A DNA stretch of 63,520 bases, the filler included, from Diploschistes diacapsis (lineage: Eukaryota), in the NCBI GenBank assembly GCA_023645945.1. It is 20 parts of 20 records of this genome, joined end to end, with 100 filler letters (N's around TTAATTAATTAA, not from the genome) between each part and the next. Parts side by side here need not be neighbours in the genome. Positions count along the whole stretch, not along the records: positions 1 to 1,986 come from JALAIB010002456.1; positions 2,087 to 4,070 come from JALAIB010002457.1; positions 4,171 to 6,151 come from JALAIB010002458.1; positions 6,252 to 8,231 come from JALAIB010002459.1; positions 8,332 to 32,475 come from JALAIB010000246.1; 15 more parts are not named here. One strand, given 5' to 3'. Within the stretch, counting starts at the first letter, position 1, and each line of letters opens with the position of its first letter. Below are positions 1 through 12,737 of this stretch, piece after piece. Below the pieces are notes generated by a model. It had not been told where the DNA came from, ran no database searches, and worked only from the letters and a program-made list of their open reading frames with translations. A program made the position numbers and the translations under genes.

Positions 1-549
1 GGGAGTTACGTGATGCGTTTATTATTCGCGTTTATTCTCGTAAGCGGCGAGTAAGCTTTCGTTATCGTTTAATGGTCGCGTTTATTTTAATAAGCGGCGA
101 GTTTCGGGAGTATTATTCGATAATACTTAATACGCAATAATTAGTCGGGTATTTCCCAGCCATTTCTTATATATAGTTTAATTAAGGTAACACGGGTTAC
201 GTGATAAATAAAAAGTCTTAAAGACCATTCTACTTAATCGTAAATAGAAAGAAAGAATAATAATTCTATTTATTTATTTATTTATTCTGTTAAAAAAGCT
301 GTTAGTTATATAAAAACGTCGTTATAATCTTTATAAATTCGGGACGTATTCATTTTTATAAATATCTTAAATCTTTATTCGAGATTAATCTATATTCGTT
401 ATTTTTATTATTTTAAAACCTTCTTTCCAGAGATAGTCTAAGACCTGTGACTGCTCTATCTTCTTTTTCTGCCACATTCCTCTTCTAATAGAGACCAAAC
501 CCACCTTGATCCTACTCGTGTATACCTTGTATAGATAGAGATCATAACA
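1..549 (+). mobile_element. LTR family A, 5'-truncated copy
   Basis: Ends ...CCCACCTTGATCCTACTCGTGTATACCTTGTATAGATAGAGATCATAACA, matching the LTR ends at 58673 and 62961. Confidence 0.85.
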
Positions 550-1630
550 TCTACTCGGCTTAGGATCTGAAGTATTCAGCCTACACTACTTATTTACCTA
601 CCTACGAGAAAGAATCTAGACCTAATCTTATTTAATGCTGCCTACGCGAGCTGGCGCGTTTTTGAAGATAAAGGTCTACGATACCTAAGAGCGACGAAAA
701 ACTTCCTACGACACCCACCTAGGAACGACGAAAATCTCCTACGAATAAACAAAAGATCGATGAATTAGAACCCTCGATCTAATCAGTATTCAACTATAAC
801 TATAGCTAAAGTGCTAGATCTAGTCTTATCTATCGCGATAAGACATTACCTAAACGAATAATCTGGTAGTAATAAATCTACGACACACCCATTTGGAGCG
901 ACGAAAAGCTTCTACGAAGAACTTACGACAAGCAGATCGACGAATCAGAAGCCACGATCTAATTAATTATAATGAAAGAGCTTGGGGTCCCATACAAATT
1001 AAACATCCCATACAAGTCTTTCGAACCTTTATTTCTTCAACAAACAAACCTTTATCGCCAGCTTTCGAAAGCGGTTTCTGCTGCCACGTCTACTGCTGTT
1101 ATTACTGCTTTTCGCCCTGGGAGTCGCCTGTTTTTAGTATTATTGGTCTAATAGCACCCATTTTCGACGCCGAAACTTGAGAGGAATAAGGTCGGGCACG
1201 TGTTTACGTGTAATACGGGTTGAAGAGAATAGAGGGAAAAGGGACTGGACTAGACCGAAAAAAGTATAGGGTATAGGAGGACTAAGAGTAGATATCCGAG
1301 TTAAGAAAGGGGTTTTATTTTGGTTTTGTTTTGTTTTGTTGTTAGAGGATAGCAACAGTTTAGAAAGAAGGATAGTGGAACATTCTGATCGTTTGTAGGT
1401 TCAAGGGTTGAACCCTGATAGGGCTGGTAGGGCTGGTACTTAGTATTTATATGTGCCCTGTTCTTACCTAGATAGTTCCTTCTTCACCTTTTCGAATCTG
1501 AACCATTCAGCCTACAGATTGCAGCTACACGTGATCCTTCCAGATCAGGCTCAGCCCCTGGTTATGTAGTATTCCTGTAGGGGCGTTCTACTAAGTAAGG
1601 TTTTTTATAAAATAATACTTTTATATATAT

Positions 1631-1986
1631 TAGGCTGGCCGTTTCGTGCCACGGTCACTAACACGGACACTATAACAAAAATTTTTAAAACACGGACACT
1701 AACACGGACACGATAGTTAAAATTTTAAAACACGGATACTAACACGGACATTATATTATAATAAAAGCACGAACACGGATATTATAATTAAAAATTTTAA
1801 AATATTGATATTAATACGGATATTATATTTCCGTAAATCCACCGAAATACTACGGTGAATCTATCGAAATATCGCAATAAAAATTTTTTAAAAAAATAAA
1901 AACGTAAGAAATAAACGTGATAATTCTAGAATTATTAAAATTAAAAAAATAATTTAAAATGTTTCGATAAATGCACGGACACGGAT
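1631..1986 (-). mobile_element. Non-autonomous hAT element, partial (runs into gap), inverted relative to the 2709 copy
   Basis: Starts TAGGCTGGCCGTTTCGTGCCACGGTCACT, nearly the reverse complement of the right end of the 2709-3312 copy; many ACACGG subterminal repeats. Confidence 0.85.
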
Positions 1987-2086
1987 NNNNNNNNNNNNNN
2001 NNNNNNNNNNNNNNNNNNNNNNNNNNNNNNTTAATTAATTAANNNNNNNNNNNNNNNNNNNNNNNNNNNNNNNNNNNNNNNNNNNN
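1987..2086. other. Artificial contig spacer N44-TTAATTAATTAA-N44 (first of 19; others start at 4071, 6152, 8232, 32476, 34555, 36634, 38712, 40786, 42860, 44930, 46997, 49064, 51131, 53198, 55265, 57331, 59396, 61459)
   Basis: Identical 100-bp block repeated; TTAATTAATTAA gives stops in all six frames; flanking contigs are mostly sorted by decreasing length. Confidence 0.99.
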
Positions 2087-2708
2087 TTAATAGATAAACA
2101 ACCTTAGAAAGATGTTATTATAAAATCGGACAATATAACCTAATAAAACGATACTGACGAATCTATTAATGAAAATATCGAAACCACGTTTTTATCGGTT
2201 TTGACATTAACTGACGAGGTTTCGAAAAATAACGATATTCCGAACAATAATATAACGGAATATAAAAAAATAATAAAACAATTACTCGCGGAAACATAAA
2301 TATGTTATCCGATTTCTAACGTTAAACCAAACACCCGAAAACCTTTAAATAATAATTTAAATAAAAACGTATTATACGAATTTCGTATTAATAATCGTGT
2401 TATTATTAAGAAAGAATACTTTTAAAAGAAAACTCTTATTACCAACGATCGGAATCATGTAGACCACGAATACCTAAACGAATATAAAGATTTCCGCTAC
2501 GAATATTTAATATAATAAAACGGGAAATATGTTCTATACAATAAACTAATTATAGACGCAACGTTCGAACGATATTATGAACAGGTTTTACACGATACTC
2601 AACATTAGAATTATAGTTTCATATACGACTACACCGACAAAAATTATAAAACTCATTTATACAATAATAATAAAATGGGAAAACCATCATCAATAACATT
2701 ATTAAAGG

Positions 2709-3312
2709 TAGGCTGGCCGTCACGGACACTGACACGGCCGTGTCCGTGTTTTGAAATTTTCAGTCGTAGTGTCCGTGTCCGTGCTTTTACTGTAGTGCAG
2801 TGTCCGTGGAAGTGTTTGTGTTTTAAAATTTTTAATTGTAGTGTCCGTGTCCGTGCTTTTATTGTAATATAATGTCCGTGGAAGTATCCGTGTTTTAAAA
2901 CTTTTAATCGTAATATCCGTGATAATAAATTTATTATCGTATCCGTGTATTCATCGAAACATTTTTAAATAATATTTATTTTTTAATAATTTTAGAATTA
3001 TTACGTTTATTTTTTACGTTTTTATTTTTTTTATCGCGGTATTTCGGTAAACTTACGGTAATATTTTGATAAATTTATTATAATATAATGTTCGTAAAAG
3101 TATCCATGTTAAAAATTTTTTAATCGTAATACCCGTGTTTATACTTTTATTGCAATATAGTATCCGTAAAAGTGTCCGTGTTTTAAAATTTTTAACCGTA
3201 GTGTCCGTATCCGTGCTTTTACTGCAATGCAGTGTCCGTGGAAATGTCCGTGCCGAGAAAATTTTCGCGGTAGTGTCCGTGTCAGTGACCGTGGCACGCA
3301 ACGGCCAGCCTA
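2709..3312 (+). mobile_element. Complete non-autonomous hAT-type DNA transposon (604 bp)
   Basis: TIRs TAGGCTGGCCGT...ACGGCCAGCCTA; perfect 8-bp TSD ATTAAAGG (2701-2708 / 3313-3320); GTGTCCGT subterminal repeats. Confidence 0.93.
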
Positions 3313-3452
3313 ATTAAAGGAATAAGAAGTTATAATAAAGGTTTATTTCGCTTATCAGACGTGTTTATATAAAAAATATAAATATCCGTTTTATTCCATA
3401 CACACGAACCTAAAGAACTGCCGAGATAAAAAATACATGATTCTAATGTATC

Positions 3453-4070
3453 TGTTGAACAGGCAGGCAGAATGCATGGCTGGGAAATTCAGCTGAACCT
3501 ACTAGGGTTCCTGCTAATCCTAATCGGGAATAGTGCAAGTCTATAGGGCTTAATGGATCCTATTAATATAAAAGCTTGCATATAGATTATTCCTTCTAAT
3601 TAAATCTCTAGATATCTAAATTTTAATACATGCGTTACTCAAAAGATTATAAGTCCGGGTTAGTTTACTATCCCGTCGCGTTTATATATAAAAAGTAATG
3701 TTTCCGGGCAGGTGTCATCGTTACGACTGCGGGATCCAATTACGCTATCTATTACAGGTTAAATTGAAGAGATTTTAAAAGCCTAAGATCTAGATCATAG
3801 CACCCTGGGGTGGTTAGATCCAAAATAGAAGTTAAATTACTTATCAATAAAACGCGGGCACCGACTATGCTGCTCTGGGAGAACTAAATTGACTGAACGA
3901 AATCAAAGTTCAGGACCTGAGTTCAGGTTTACTTAGTTGACACCCGAAAATTTTCCTTTTCGATAAATCATCAAAATTCAGTAGAGTTCTATTGTTGTAC
4001 TCATTCGATTACTTTAAACAAGTATCGAAGTTCAGCTAAACTCGTTGAACTTACTCGATTATTTTTATTT
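3453..4070 (+). mobile_element. Ty1/Copia 5' LTR (family C, ~3453-3644), PBS and leader
   Basis: Starts TGTTGAACAGGCAGGCAG; followed by GATTATAAGTCC (RIP-altered GGTTATGAGCCC copia-type PBS); homologous to 35485 onward and 42960-43282. Confidence 0.75.
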
Positions 4071-4170
4071 NNNNNNNNNNNNNNNNNNNNNNNNNNNNNN
4101 NNNNNNNNNNNNNNTTAATTAATTAANNNNNNNNNNNNNNNNNNNNNNNNNNNNNNNNNNNNNNNNNNNN

Positions 4171-5049
4171 TTTTAATTCGTTAATAGATTTCTTTTGTTT
4201 ATTTTTAGAACTATAAATCTATCACGTTCTCGGTAACGTTATCCTAATTAATTTATTCTTTTATCGAGTTTTTGAACGAAGCTATTCGTCGTTTAGATTC
4301 GTCGCAGGAGCTCTTTTAGAATCTTCCCCGTATTAGTTTTTCGCTGATATTAAATTTTTCGAAAGTTTTTGGCGTTAATGATTATTATAACGCGGGATAT
4401 CTTACGGATTGTTTTTTAGCTAACGATTCGTTTATTGAATTGTATTTTTTAATCGATAGTATTTCGATTGATTCTTTAAAAGACAGAAGTATTATCGATT
4501 TTCTTTTTTTCTTTTAATCCTTGTTACCAGCGGAGGTTATTATTTATAATAAATCGACGGGTAGTATTTTCGAATTCCGGTTATCGTAGATTCACTCGAA
4601 TATTTAATATTCAATTAACGTTTTAAACTCTCGTCACGAGTACGAAAATAAATTAAGTTTTTCGAATATAAAACGCCAGCGTAAGAAAGGATATTACTCT
4701 ATCGGGGGCTAAGCCTAATCCGAAAGAATTAAGTATAGCTTAAATATCTATAGATAAAAGGTCTCGATTCGAAAAGTTAAAAAAGAAACTATCTAAATGA
4801 GAGAAAGGTACCGTTAAGTAATATAAGTGCTAGCCTACCGGGATTCGGGGACTACCCATCTATACAGCCACTCCCTAACCCTGCCGTGTCTTAGCAAGCA
4901 CCTGGGCATTGACCCTGCCGTGGCTTGGCAAGCACCTGGGCATTGACCCTACCGTGGCTTGGCAGGCCCAGCTTGGCAAGCACCTGGGCATTGACCCTGC
5001 CGTGGCTTGGCAGGCCCAGCTTGGCAGGCCCCTGGGCTGGGCTGTCTCA
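4171..5049 (-). mobile_element. Ty3/Gypsy 5' LTR (family B, 4669-5049) with leader/gag start
   Basis: On the minus strand TGAGACAGCC...GCTGGCGTTTTA then TATTCGAAAA; matches 37386-37687 and 52633-52913, including downstream sequence. Confidence 0.82.
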
Positions 5050-5314
5050 GGTATTACCGTCTATAATCATTTTTAAAGCATTATATATTAATACCAGCTG
5101 GATTCCAGTCGAAACGCCTCGAAACTGACTGTTTAATACTAATAATAAAGGATAGATAATAGATAGATACGGATATTAATGGCTTATATATATCTTTAAA
5201 CCTTTAACTAGATCGAATCGACCCGAAACGCGTCGTTTATTAATTATAAACGGTTATAATAGTTATATTACCGCCAATATTATTCGTTTTTATATATTTA
5301 ATAGAATCGATTTT

Positions 5315-5656
5315 TTTAGGCAACGCATGTATTGAAGTCTAGATATCTAGAGGTCTAATTGAAGGAAGAGTCTATATGTAAGCTCTTATACCAATAGGAT
5401 CCACTAAGCCTTATAGACTTGCATTACTCCCGATTAGGATTAACAGGAATTTTAGTAGGTTCAGCTGAACTGAATCTGAACCTAAAGTTTAATTAAACTT
5501 CCTAGCCATATATTCTACCTGCCTGCTCAACACTCTTTCACGGGCGGAACCATCGGCATGTTCACTTAATCCAGCTAAATACCTTTTGTATTAATCCAAG
5601 TTTTTTAATGAACATATCGTGCTTAACGTAGTTTAGTAGTTTCGTTAATTCGTCGG
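5315..5656 (-). mobile_element. Ty1/Copia 3' LTR (family C) with upstream polypurine tract and pol end
   Basis: Minus strand: ...GGTTCCGCCCGTGAAAGAG|TGTTGAGCAGGCAGG...TTCAATACATGCGTTGCC; same arrangement at 38435-38711. Confidence 0.75.
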
Positions 5657-6110
5657 TGTTACAATCCAAGGTACTAGCCTGTAGTACTTGGCACGCAACA
5701 GCTAGTCGGGCACTTCCCAACCATTCCTTGTATATAGTCCAATCAGGGTGACACGGGTCACGTGACGAGTAAAAGGTCTAGAAAACTATTCTACCTAATC
5801 ATAGATAAAAAAAAAGAACGATAATTTTATTCACCTATTTATTTACTTTATTAAAAAAGTTATTAGCTATATAAGAACGTCGTTATAACTTCTATAAATT
5901 TAGAACGTGTTTATTTTTATAAATATCCTTAATTTTTACTCGGGATCAATTTATATTCGTTATTTCTATTATTAAAAAACCTTTTTTCTAAAGACAGTTT
6001 AAGATTTATAACTACTTTATCTTTTTTTCTTATTACATTTCTTTTTTAATAGAGATTAAACCCACCTTAATCTTACTCTTGTATATTTTATATAGATAAA
6101 GATTATAACA
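5657..6110 (+). mobile_element. LTR family A (454 bp), probably a 5' LTR
   Basis: TGTTACAATCCAAG...GATTATAACA; near-identical to 62508-62961; downstream CTTAAACACCCTTAAGAATAAG is shared with sequence after 58163. Confidence 0.88.
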
Positions 6111-6251
6111 CTTAAACACCCTTAAGAATAAGTATTATTAATAATATAACCNNNNNNNNNNNNNNNNNNNNNNNNNNNNNNNNNNNNNNNNNNNNTTAAT
6201 TAATTAANNNNNNNNNNNNNNNNNNNNNNNNNNNNNNNNNNNNNNNNNNNN

Positions 6252-7730
6252 TTATATATCCGTTTTAAATTATCGACGGCTTTTTATTTTTAAACGGACG
6301 GTCAGACCGAAAATATTAATAAAGAAATAGAACAGTATTTACGAACTTTCGTTTATTATTCGTAAAAGAATTAGAAACGATTATTACTTATAATAAAGTT
6401 TATTATCAACGCGGTTGAATCGGAATTAACGAAATGTTCGTTATTCTTCGTTATCCGGAAATACGAATTCCGGATATCTTTCGATACCGATAAAATAACG
6501 AAACAAAAAGTTATTACCTACGAAAAAATAAATAACCGAAATATTAATACCATTACCGAAATCATGTAAAATATTTAAAACTTCGTTAAAAGATATATAA
6601 CATTAACGTAATAACGATAAAAGCGATACGCGGACGAGCACCGACGCCTCGTTAAAAAAATTAATTTCAATAACTCGGTTTAATTAAATATACGTAATAT
6701 TAAAATTACCCGAGCCTACAAGAAATTAAATAATAAATAACACGACTTTTATAACGTTTTACAAAAAATAAATAATATAAACTTTAAATTAGATTTATTA
6801 ACGTCGATAAAGTAATTTAAAATCTTTTATTCGTTTTTATTTTTAAAAGACCCGCAAGATCTTTTAGAAAAATAGACGTATTTTAGATTATTTCCGGTAG
6901 AAACGGAAGGCAGAAAAGAATAAGAGATCGAAGAGATCTTTAACGTTAGGAGAAGTCCCGGGCGAGGAATGAACGTTTAGTATAAGGTACGTTGGGTGGG
7001 ATGGTTTATCGACGATAGTTAATATCCCGTCGTTAATTTCGAAAATATTTTCGAGATTTTACGGGAATTTTATTAATTAAATCTCGAAAAAATAAGATCT
7101 TCGTGGTTAATAATACTCGGGAATAGGCAGCCTATATCAATAAGAATTATAAACGGGAACGAATCTTTAGAATAAGGCGGTATCGATTATTACGACGACC
7201 ATACTCTTTTATAGAATCTAAGAACGTATTTAATTAAAAACGACGCTGAAAGGGGTACAAAGAAACGGAAACATCTATTACGAAAGAATAACGGGTATTT
7301 TTTTAAATAAATTAAAAAAAGGGATGAAGATCGAGATAAAGATTAATTAAAAAGAATATCGCGTTTATAAGAGACATAAGTATCTAGAAAGGGGGGTAGT
7401 GAGATAACCTAGCCCAGGGGCCTACTAAGCTGGGCCTACCAAGTTACGGCAGGGTTAATGCCCAGATACTTGCCAAGCCACGGCAGGGTTAATGCCTAGA
7501 TACTTGTTAAAACACGGCAGGGTCAGGAAGTGGTTGTGTAGATGGGTAATCCCCAAACCCCGGTAGGCTAACACCCACATTACTTAACGGTACCTTCTTC
7601 CCATTTAAATAGTTTCTTCTAACTTTTCGAATCGAGACCTTTTATCTGTAGATACCCAAGCTACACCTAATCCTTCCGGATCAGGTTCAGCCCCCAGTAA
7701 AGTAGCATCCTTTCCTGCGCTGGCGTTTCA
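6252..7730 (+). mobile_element. RIP-degraded Ty3/Gypsy chromovirus 3' end: integrase, chromodomain, PPT, 3' LTR family B (7400-7730)
   Basis: Degenerate LSTAFxxxTDGQTE integrase motif; chromodomain-like E*EIEEIFNVRR...YKVRWVGW; PPT AAAGGGGGGTAG directly before TG...TTTCA LTR. Confidence 0.88.
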
Positions 7731-10725
7731 AGTCCTTTCGTTATAATGGACCGTCTCGAATCTCTTAAGAACGACCCGACGAAAAACGACGCCGCCATTT
7801 TAACTTAATAAAAGGATATTTATTTTATAAAAATAATAATTATTACGCAATATAATATAAACTCGCTAAAAAGTTTAAATAAATGGTTATAGCAACAAAA
7901 GATAAGAAACGCGAAAAAAAAATCCCGAAACATCCGCGATAAAAAAAGTAATAATAAGCGCGTCTATAATATAAAAAGTTTAGACGATAAAGGTTTAAAA
8001 AATTCAAAATCTGAACTTAAATCTAAATCTCGATTAAAATATGATAATAAAGTTACTAATATAATTAAAAACGTTATTATTAAAAATAAGATTATTTTTA
8101 TTAAATAAATCGGTAATATCGGCGTCTTATTATATATAATTAATTAATTATATTTATTTACATATCTGATTCCTATTTAAAAACGACGAATCAAAATTGG
8201 AAAAAAAATGCTTTATTTAGATTATATTAAGNNNNNNNNNNNNNNNNNNNNNNNNNNNNNNNNNNNNNNNNNNNNTTAATTAATTAANNNNNNNNNNNNN
8301 NNNNNNNNNNNNNNNNNNNNNNNNNNNNNNNTTGGGGGTTTCTGCATTTGGAATTAATTAGATTTGGGGGTTTGTTCGTAGCCAGCGCTGCTGTTCACGG
8401 GATTAATGAAATGTCTTTTGCATCTTATCAGAAGTATGCCTATTTTATATATTTTTGTTTCCCCATTGTGATGACTGCCCGCAACTCCGCCGTAGTACTG
8501 AATGCCCCTCGTGCTTGAAAGGTTTTAAAAACTGGCATTTCGGTCAAGAATGGCATAATCGACGGAGAATGGGGTGGAGGATAGATAATTTGGCATATGG
8601 GGGACAAAAACACAACACGGGCAAAGAGAAGGAAGGACATGTGCATGCATATATTCTTTTTGCGTCCGAGGTCGGGGGGCCAGCCTAGCTAATGCGGCCT
8701 TGGAATGCTCGCCCGGCGGAAAATCGGAAAGACCTCGGTCGTCGTCGAGCTTGCCAGGGGCGCATGTTTTAATGGGGGGAGGAAGAACGTGGTGGTCGAC
8801 CGGGGAACCCCGATCGATGGTGTAATACTGCAGCAGACGCTTTTCTTCTTTTGAACTATATAGTACATTCCCCATCCGCTTGTGATTTGGTTGGCTCAAT
8901 GTTGGGATGTGTCGGGGCTGCTGTTGGGGGGTTATGGGACGAGAAGGAGAGGGAGAACCCCCTAACCCCCCGTTTCAACATCTCGGAGAAGGTACTGCGT
9001 TTGGCAAACGTACATATGCCCTCTGCCCTCTCCTGCCGCTCAGGATGAGTGCGTGTGTGTGTGTGTCGTGCGCATCAAGGCTGCAACGCGAGAGAAAGCC
9101 AAGTGCCAACCCAGAAATACTATTTCTTTTCCAGCAATTCTGCCCGCTCTTGACTACATAATGCGTGTCCGTCAAGCCTATCCGCATCATGACTCATTCA
9201 TGTCGTTGCAGCTCCAGGCTGCAGATTTCATCTGCTAACAGGCCTTTGGACGCACACACAATCGAAGTCACCTCTGTATCGCTGTGGGGCGGGAAACCCA
9301 ATCTTCGGCTGGAAAGCGATATCTCGTTCAGCAGATGTGTCTCCGCCGCAGCTCCACCGCTTTTGATAACTAACTGCCTGTTCTTACACTCTCGCTGAGC
9401 ATCCAGAATTATCAGTGCGGATCGCCGCGTCGAGCAGCGTTGCCAACGTAACGAAAACGGTGTTGAGGTTCAGATTCGGGCCTGAGACCTTCAACACTTG
9501 GGTTCACGCCCTCCTCCCTGCCTGATATTCGAAGATGGCGACTCCCCAATCAGCCGCAAGCATGCCGTAGTAACGTCCGTTATTCAGCCGCGTCATGGCC
9601 GTCATGTAGCTAGCCCGTCCAGTTGTCGTTCGCTGTCCGATGTGTCTGACTCAGTGGGCTTCTTTACCTTTTCGTACGCGAAGACTGGCCGCAGTCTGTT
9701 GGGGGTGTTTTGCATGACGACGAGGTCGTTCTTTGATGGTGGTGCTGTTGTTGAGCGTGATGCAGTGTTCAGGGGCGATGACGAACTGCGGGAAATGGAA
9801 TTTCCTGCTGGAGCAACCCGTTCCGACTCGAATTACTATGCCTAGCCCACAATATCCTGCGTCTGAGTTGCCACTGTGACTTCTATTGTGAGGGACCGAA
9901 TAAATCACGAATTAACGGACATTCAAGGCGATTTCTAACGGTCAATCTCAGCAGAATCCAAAGACCTTCCCAGCGTTTGATGTCCAATACTGTCGCGACT
10001 AAAAGGCTTCGCCTAGCCACAAGACATGCACAAGATAAACGCAGACATTCGAAGCAAAGTAGGCACCGGGATGCTGTCACTCATTCTTTTTGCCTTTCCT
10101 GTAACAACGTGGCTAGCTAATCATCGGGTGGGAACGAGGCGTCTCGGCTGCTGGCCGTGTCCCAATCATCTATTGAGTTAGAGGCTCTCTCGATGCTATT
10201 TCGCCATCTGCCCCAGTAGCATCGATGGCGGTAGCACCATCTCCAAGGCATCAAGTAGATCAACTGATCCTAAGAGCCCCGTCTATCAGCGCCTAAGGAC
10301 ACTGTCTCTAGCCACACAGCTATCCTCACTTCATGCTCCCATCCATGCAATACACATATGGATCTAAAGGCGTACAATATCTTTTAGCCGTTCGTGCTCA
10401 ACAAGGTGCTTCCGATGGCAGACTATTAAAGGCGTGTCAAGGTAGGCCCAACTACGGTAGCGAAGACCGTCAGCGAGTTTGACGTGAAGTCAACTCCACT
10501 GTTCAAGTATTGCGCCGATGGCCCTTTTTTTGTTGCCCCTGGGTGCCCGAATACGCCGCTGGAAGGGTGACATCAACATCTTCCACCATATCCATCACCA
10601 CGCGATGGCCTGCCTATATTGTCACCAGTTGGACGTCAGCACAGGGCATGATGTTGGCCGTTAACGATCCACTTCAAGCACCGTTAACGAGGCGAGTGCA
10701 TTTTTCTCTGCTTTATTCCAGAGCT

Positions 10726-12198
10726 TTATCTGGGCCCATCGCGGGTAAGGACACATTGCATACAGAACACACCATGGAGGGTGACAGTGTATTCCAGCGG
10801 TGGGGCCTTCTTGCTTGCTTGTATCAAGCGTTTGCAGTTCTTGCATTGGAAGCATCCTGCACAATAAATTTGAGTATTGTGGACGACTTCATCTGCTAGT
10901 ACGACTTGTGTACATATACACGCGGCCATCTGTCCGCTCGCGCACAAGCGGAACTGGCTATTCGATAAAGCGTAGTCCAGTGCTGATCCTGAAGGAAACC
11001 TGGACCGACATACATCACAGCCGAAGCAGGCTGGATGAAATTTCCCCCCCGCTGCGGATATCACGTTAGTAGAGCGTTCGCTACCCTGAGAGTTTGAACT
11101 CGAATGGATTGCCTTACTTAATCTGTGCACATCGCCACCTTTCAATTCTTTCCCACAGGTCCGGCAGTATGGATATGGAACATCTTCGTATCTGTGAGGC
11201 GAAAGCTCTCTTCGATGCTCTGGCTGGACCTCTTTGTTTGCATTTGCGTCTGAGCCGCTACTACTCCCGGGCACGTACCACTGAGGGTTCGAAAGATCAT
11301 TCGCACATATGGGCAATGCGATAACAGAGACCGAGGATATCTGAGCAAGGCTGAGGTCCGATAGGTAAGACCAAGCACGTGAAAGCGCTACTGAGTTTCG
11401 GAAAGATTTGTCACACTCATTCTGTTGATACTTTTTGTAAACGCGTGATGCCTCCAGTATGCCCTCGAAAGCAAACCGAAGTTGACTCGCATTCAGCCCA
11501 TAGCATTCCTTTACTGACTGATAATCTTCAGTCGGTCTTATTGTTTCAAGATCATCAAGTTCTGGTATGGCAGTCGTTATGCTATTGGCACCTCTGTGAA
11601 ATACCGAATGTGATTCCAGATTTTCAAGCCGCCGGCACAGATCCTGATTCGTGGCCAGGATTCTTGCCATTAGATCTTTCAGTTCGTCGCGAGAATTTGC
11701 AGCTTCCTTGTCGGACTCGCTGCATACATTCACCTGAGTATCAGAACGCCAGTAAGGGGCCCACACTCACCACTGAAGAATGTTGAACATCAAATCCAAG
11801 GAAGCCTTGTTCCGCGACAGTCGGTGGATTGCAACTGTCATGCTCGTTTGGTCGAAGGCCACACGCACTCTGTCCCACAAGGGCATCTCCTTTTCCAAGG
11901 TCAGTGGCTTCACAAGGGTATCAATTTCAGAAATAGTCAAGACCGCCTCGGTCAGTGTTGCTACAAGCTGATCCATGGAGACTAGACTAGCACGATGTTT
12001 GTTAAGCTGAGATGCTTTTCCGACAAAATTCTGTAAATAAGCAACCGCAGTCTGCACTTCATTTATTTCTGCCAGAAGACTCTGGATCATGACGGGCGCA
12101 TTCTTCACTCTAGATATGACAGATTGGACTGATGTAGCAGTCGACGCTGCAGCACCGAGCAAGCCGGTTATCGCTACTGTAATGCTCAAAGGATCCAT
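10726..12198 (-). CDS. HeLo-like/fungal STAND N-terminal domain protein with C-terminal LIM zinc fingers (exons 12198-11771, 11719-10726)
   Basis: MDPLSITVAITGLL...VKNAP..IQSLLAEINEV N-terminus; GT-AG intron 11770-11720 restores NILQCESD; FE..LEASRVY...WSYLSDLSLAQISSVSVIALPI block; LIM-like CxxC...FHPACFGCDVC and CAGCFQCKNC...FCMQC. Confidence 0.82.
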
Positions 12199-12737
12199 GG
12201 CGATAGCTGGTAGACAAACAGTGGTTCAAATGAGATCAAGAATATGAAAGAAAAGGACAGCAATCTTCACTTCATCATCAAGAAAGCTTTGTCTTGACGT
12301 AGGAGTCACAGGTATGCCTCGGGTTCAGCCTCGCCAAACTCTGGAGAGACGCTACATCAGCAGAGACAGGGCGTCTTCTTCACATATAACAAAAAGCTCA
12401 ATGTGATACAGAGCCAGAGGAGCGATTATGCTGTGAACTTTACTTGCTTAAATGAACAAGCAGAAGCACCGAGTAAGTTTGGCTCTGGTATAAGTGAAAA
12501 AAGATCAACGCCGAAACTTTTCTCGCAATTCGTTGCCTTGGGAAGAGTAATAGGTGTCCGGTATCTCCATCACAAATTTCTCAGGAACTACCACCAGGCT
12601 ACCGAAAATTGTATTAATGTACCACAGACGTCCGTTAGTAAATATTGGATGAGCATTCTAGGTTATGGCGTATTCCATTTCATTGTGGACATATAACCAC
12701 TACCAACATACCCAGCATCTATAACGTCAAGGCCAAA

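Noticed and set aside
2031..2042. Regularly spaced TTAATTAATTAA between N runs as a biological repeat or CRISPR-like array
   Set aside because: Artificial six-frame-stop linker between contigs.
4925..5128. ORF with repeated ASTWALTLPWLGRPSL peptide as a RiPP-like precursor
   Set aside because: Translation of LTR U3 tandem repeats; non-ATG start, no signal peptide or Kex2 sites.
8332..10700. Short ORFs at the left end of the large contig
   Set aside because: No recognisable domain or consistent exon chain; treated as intergenic/UTR, though a small spliced gene cannot be excluded.
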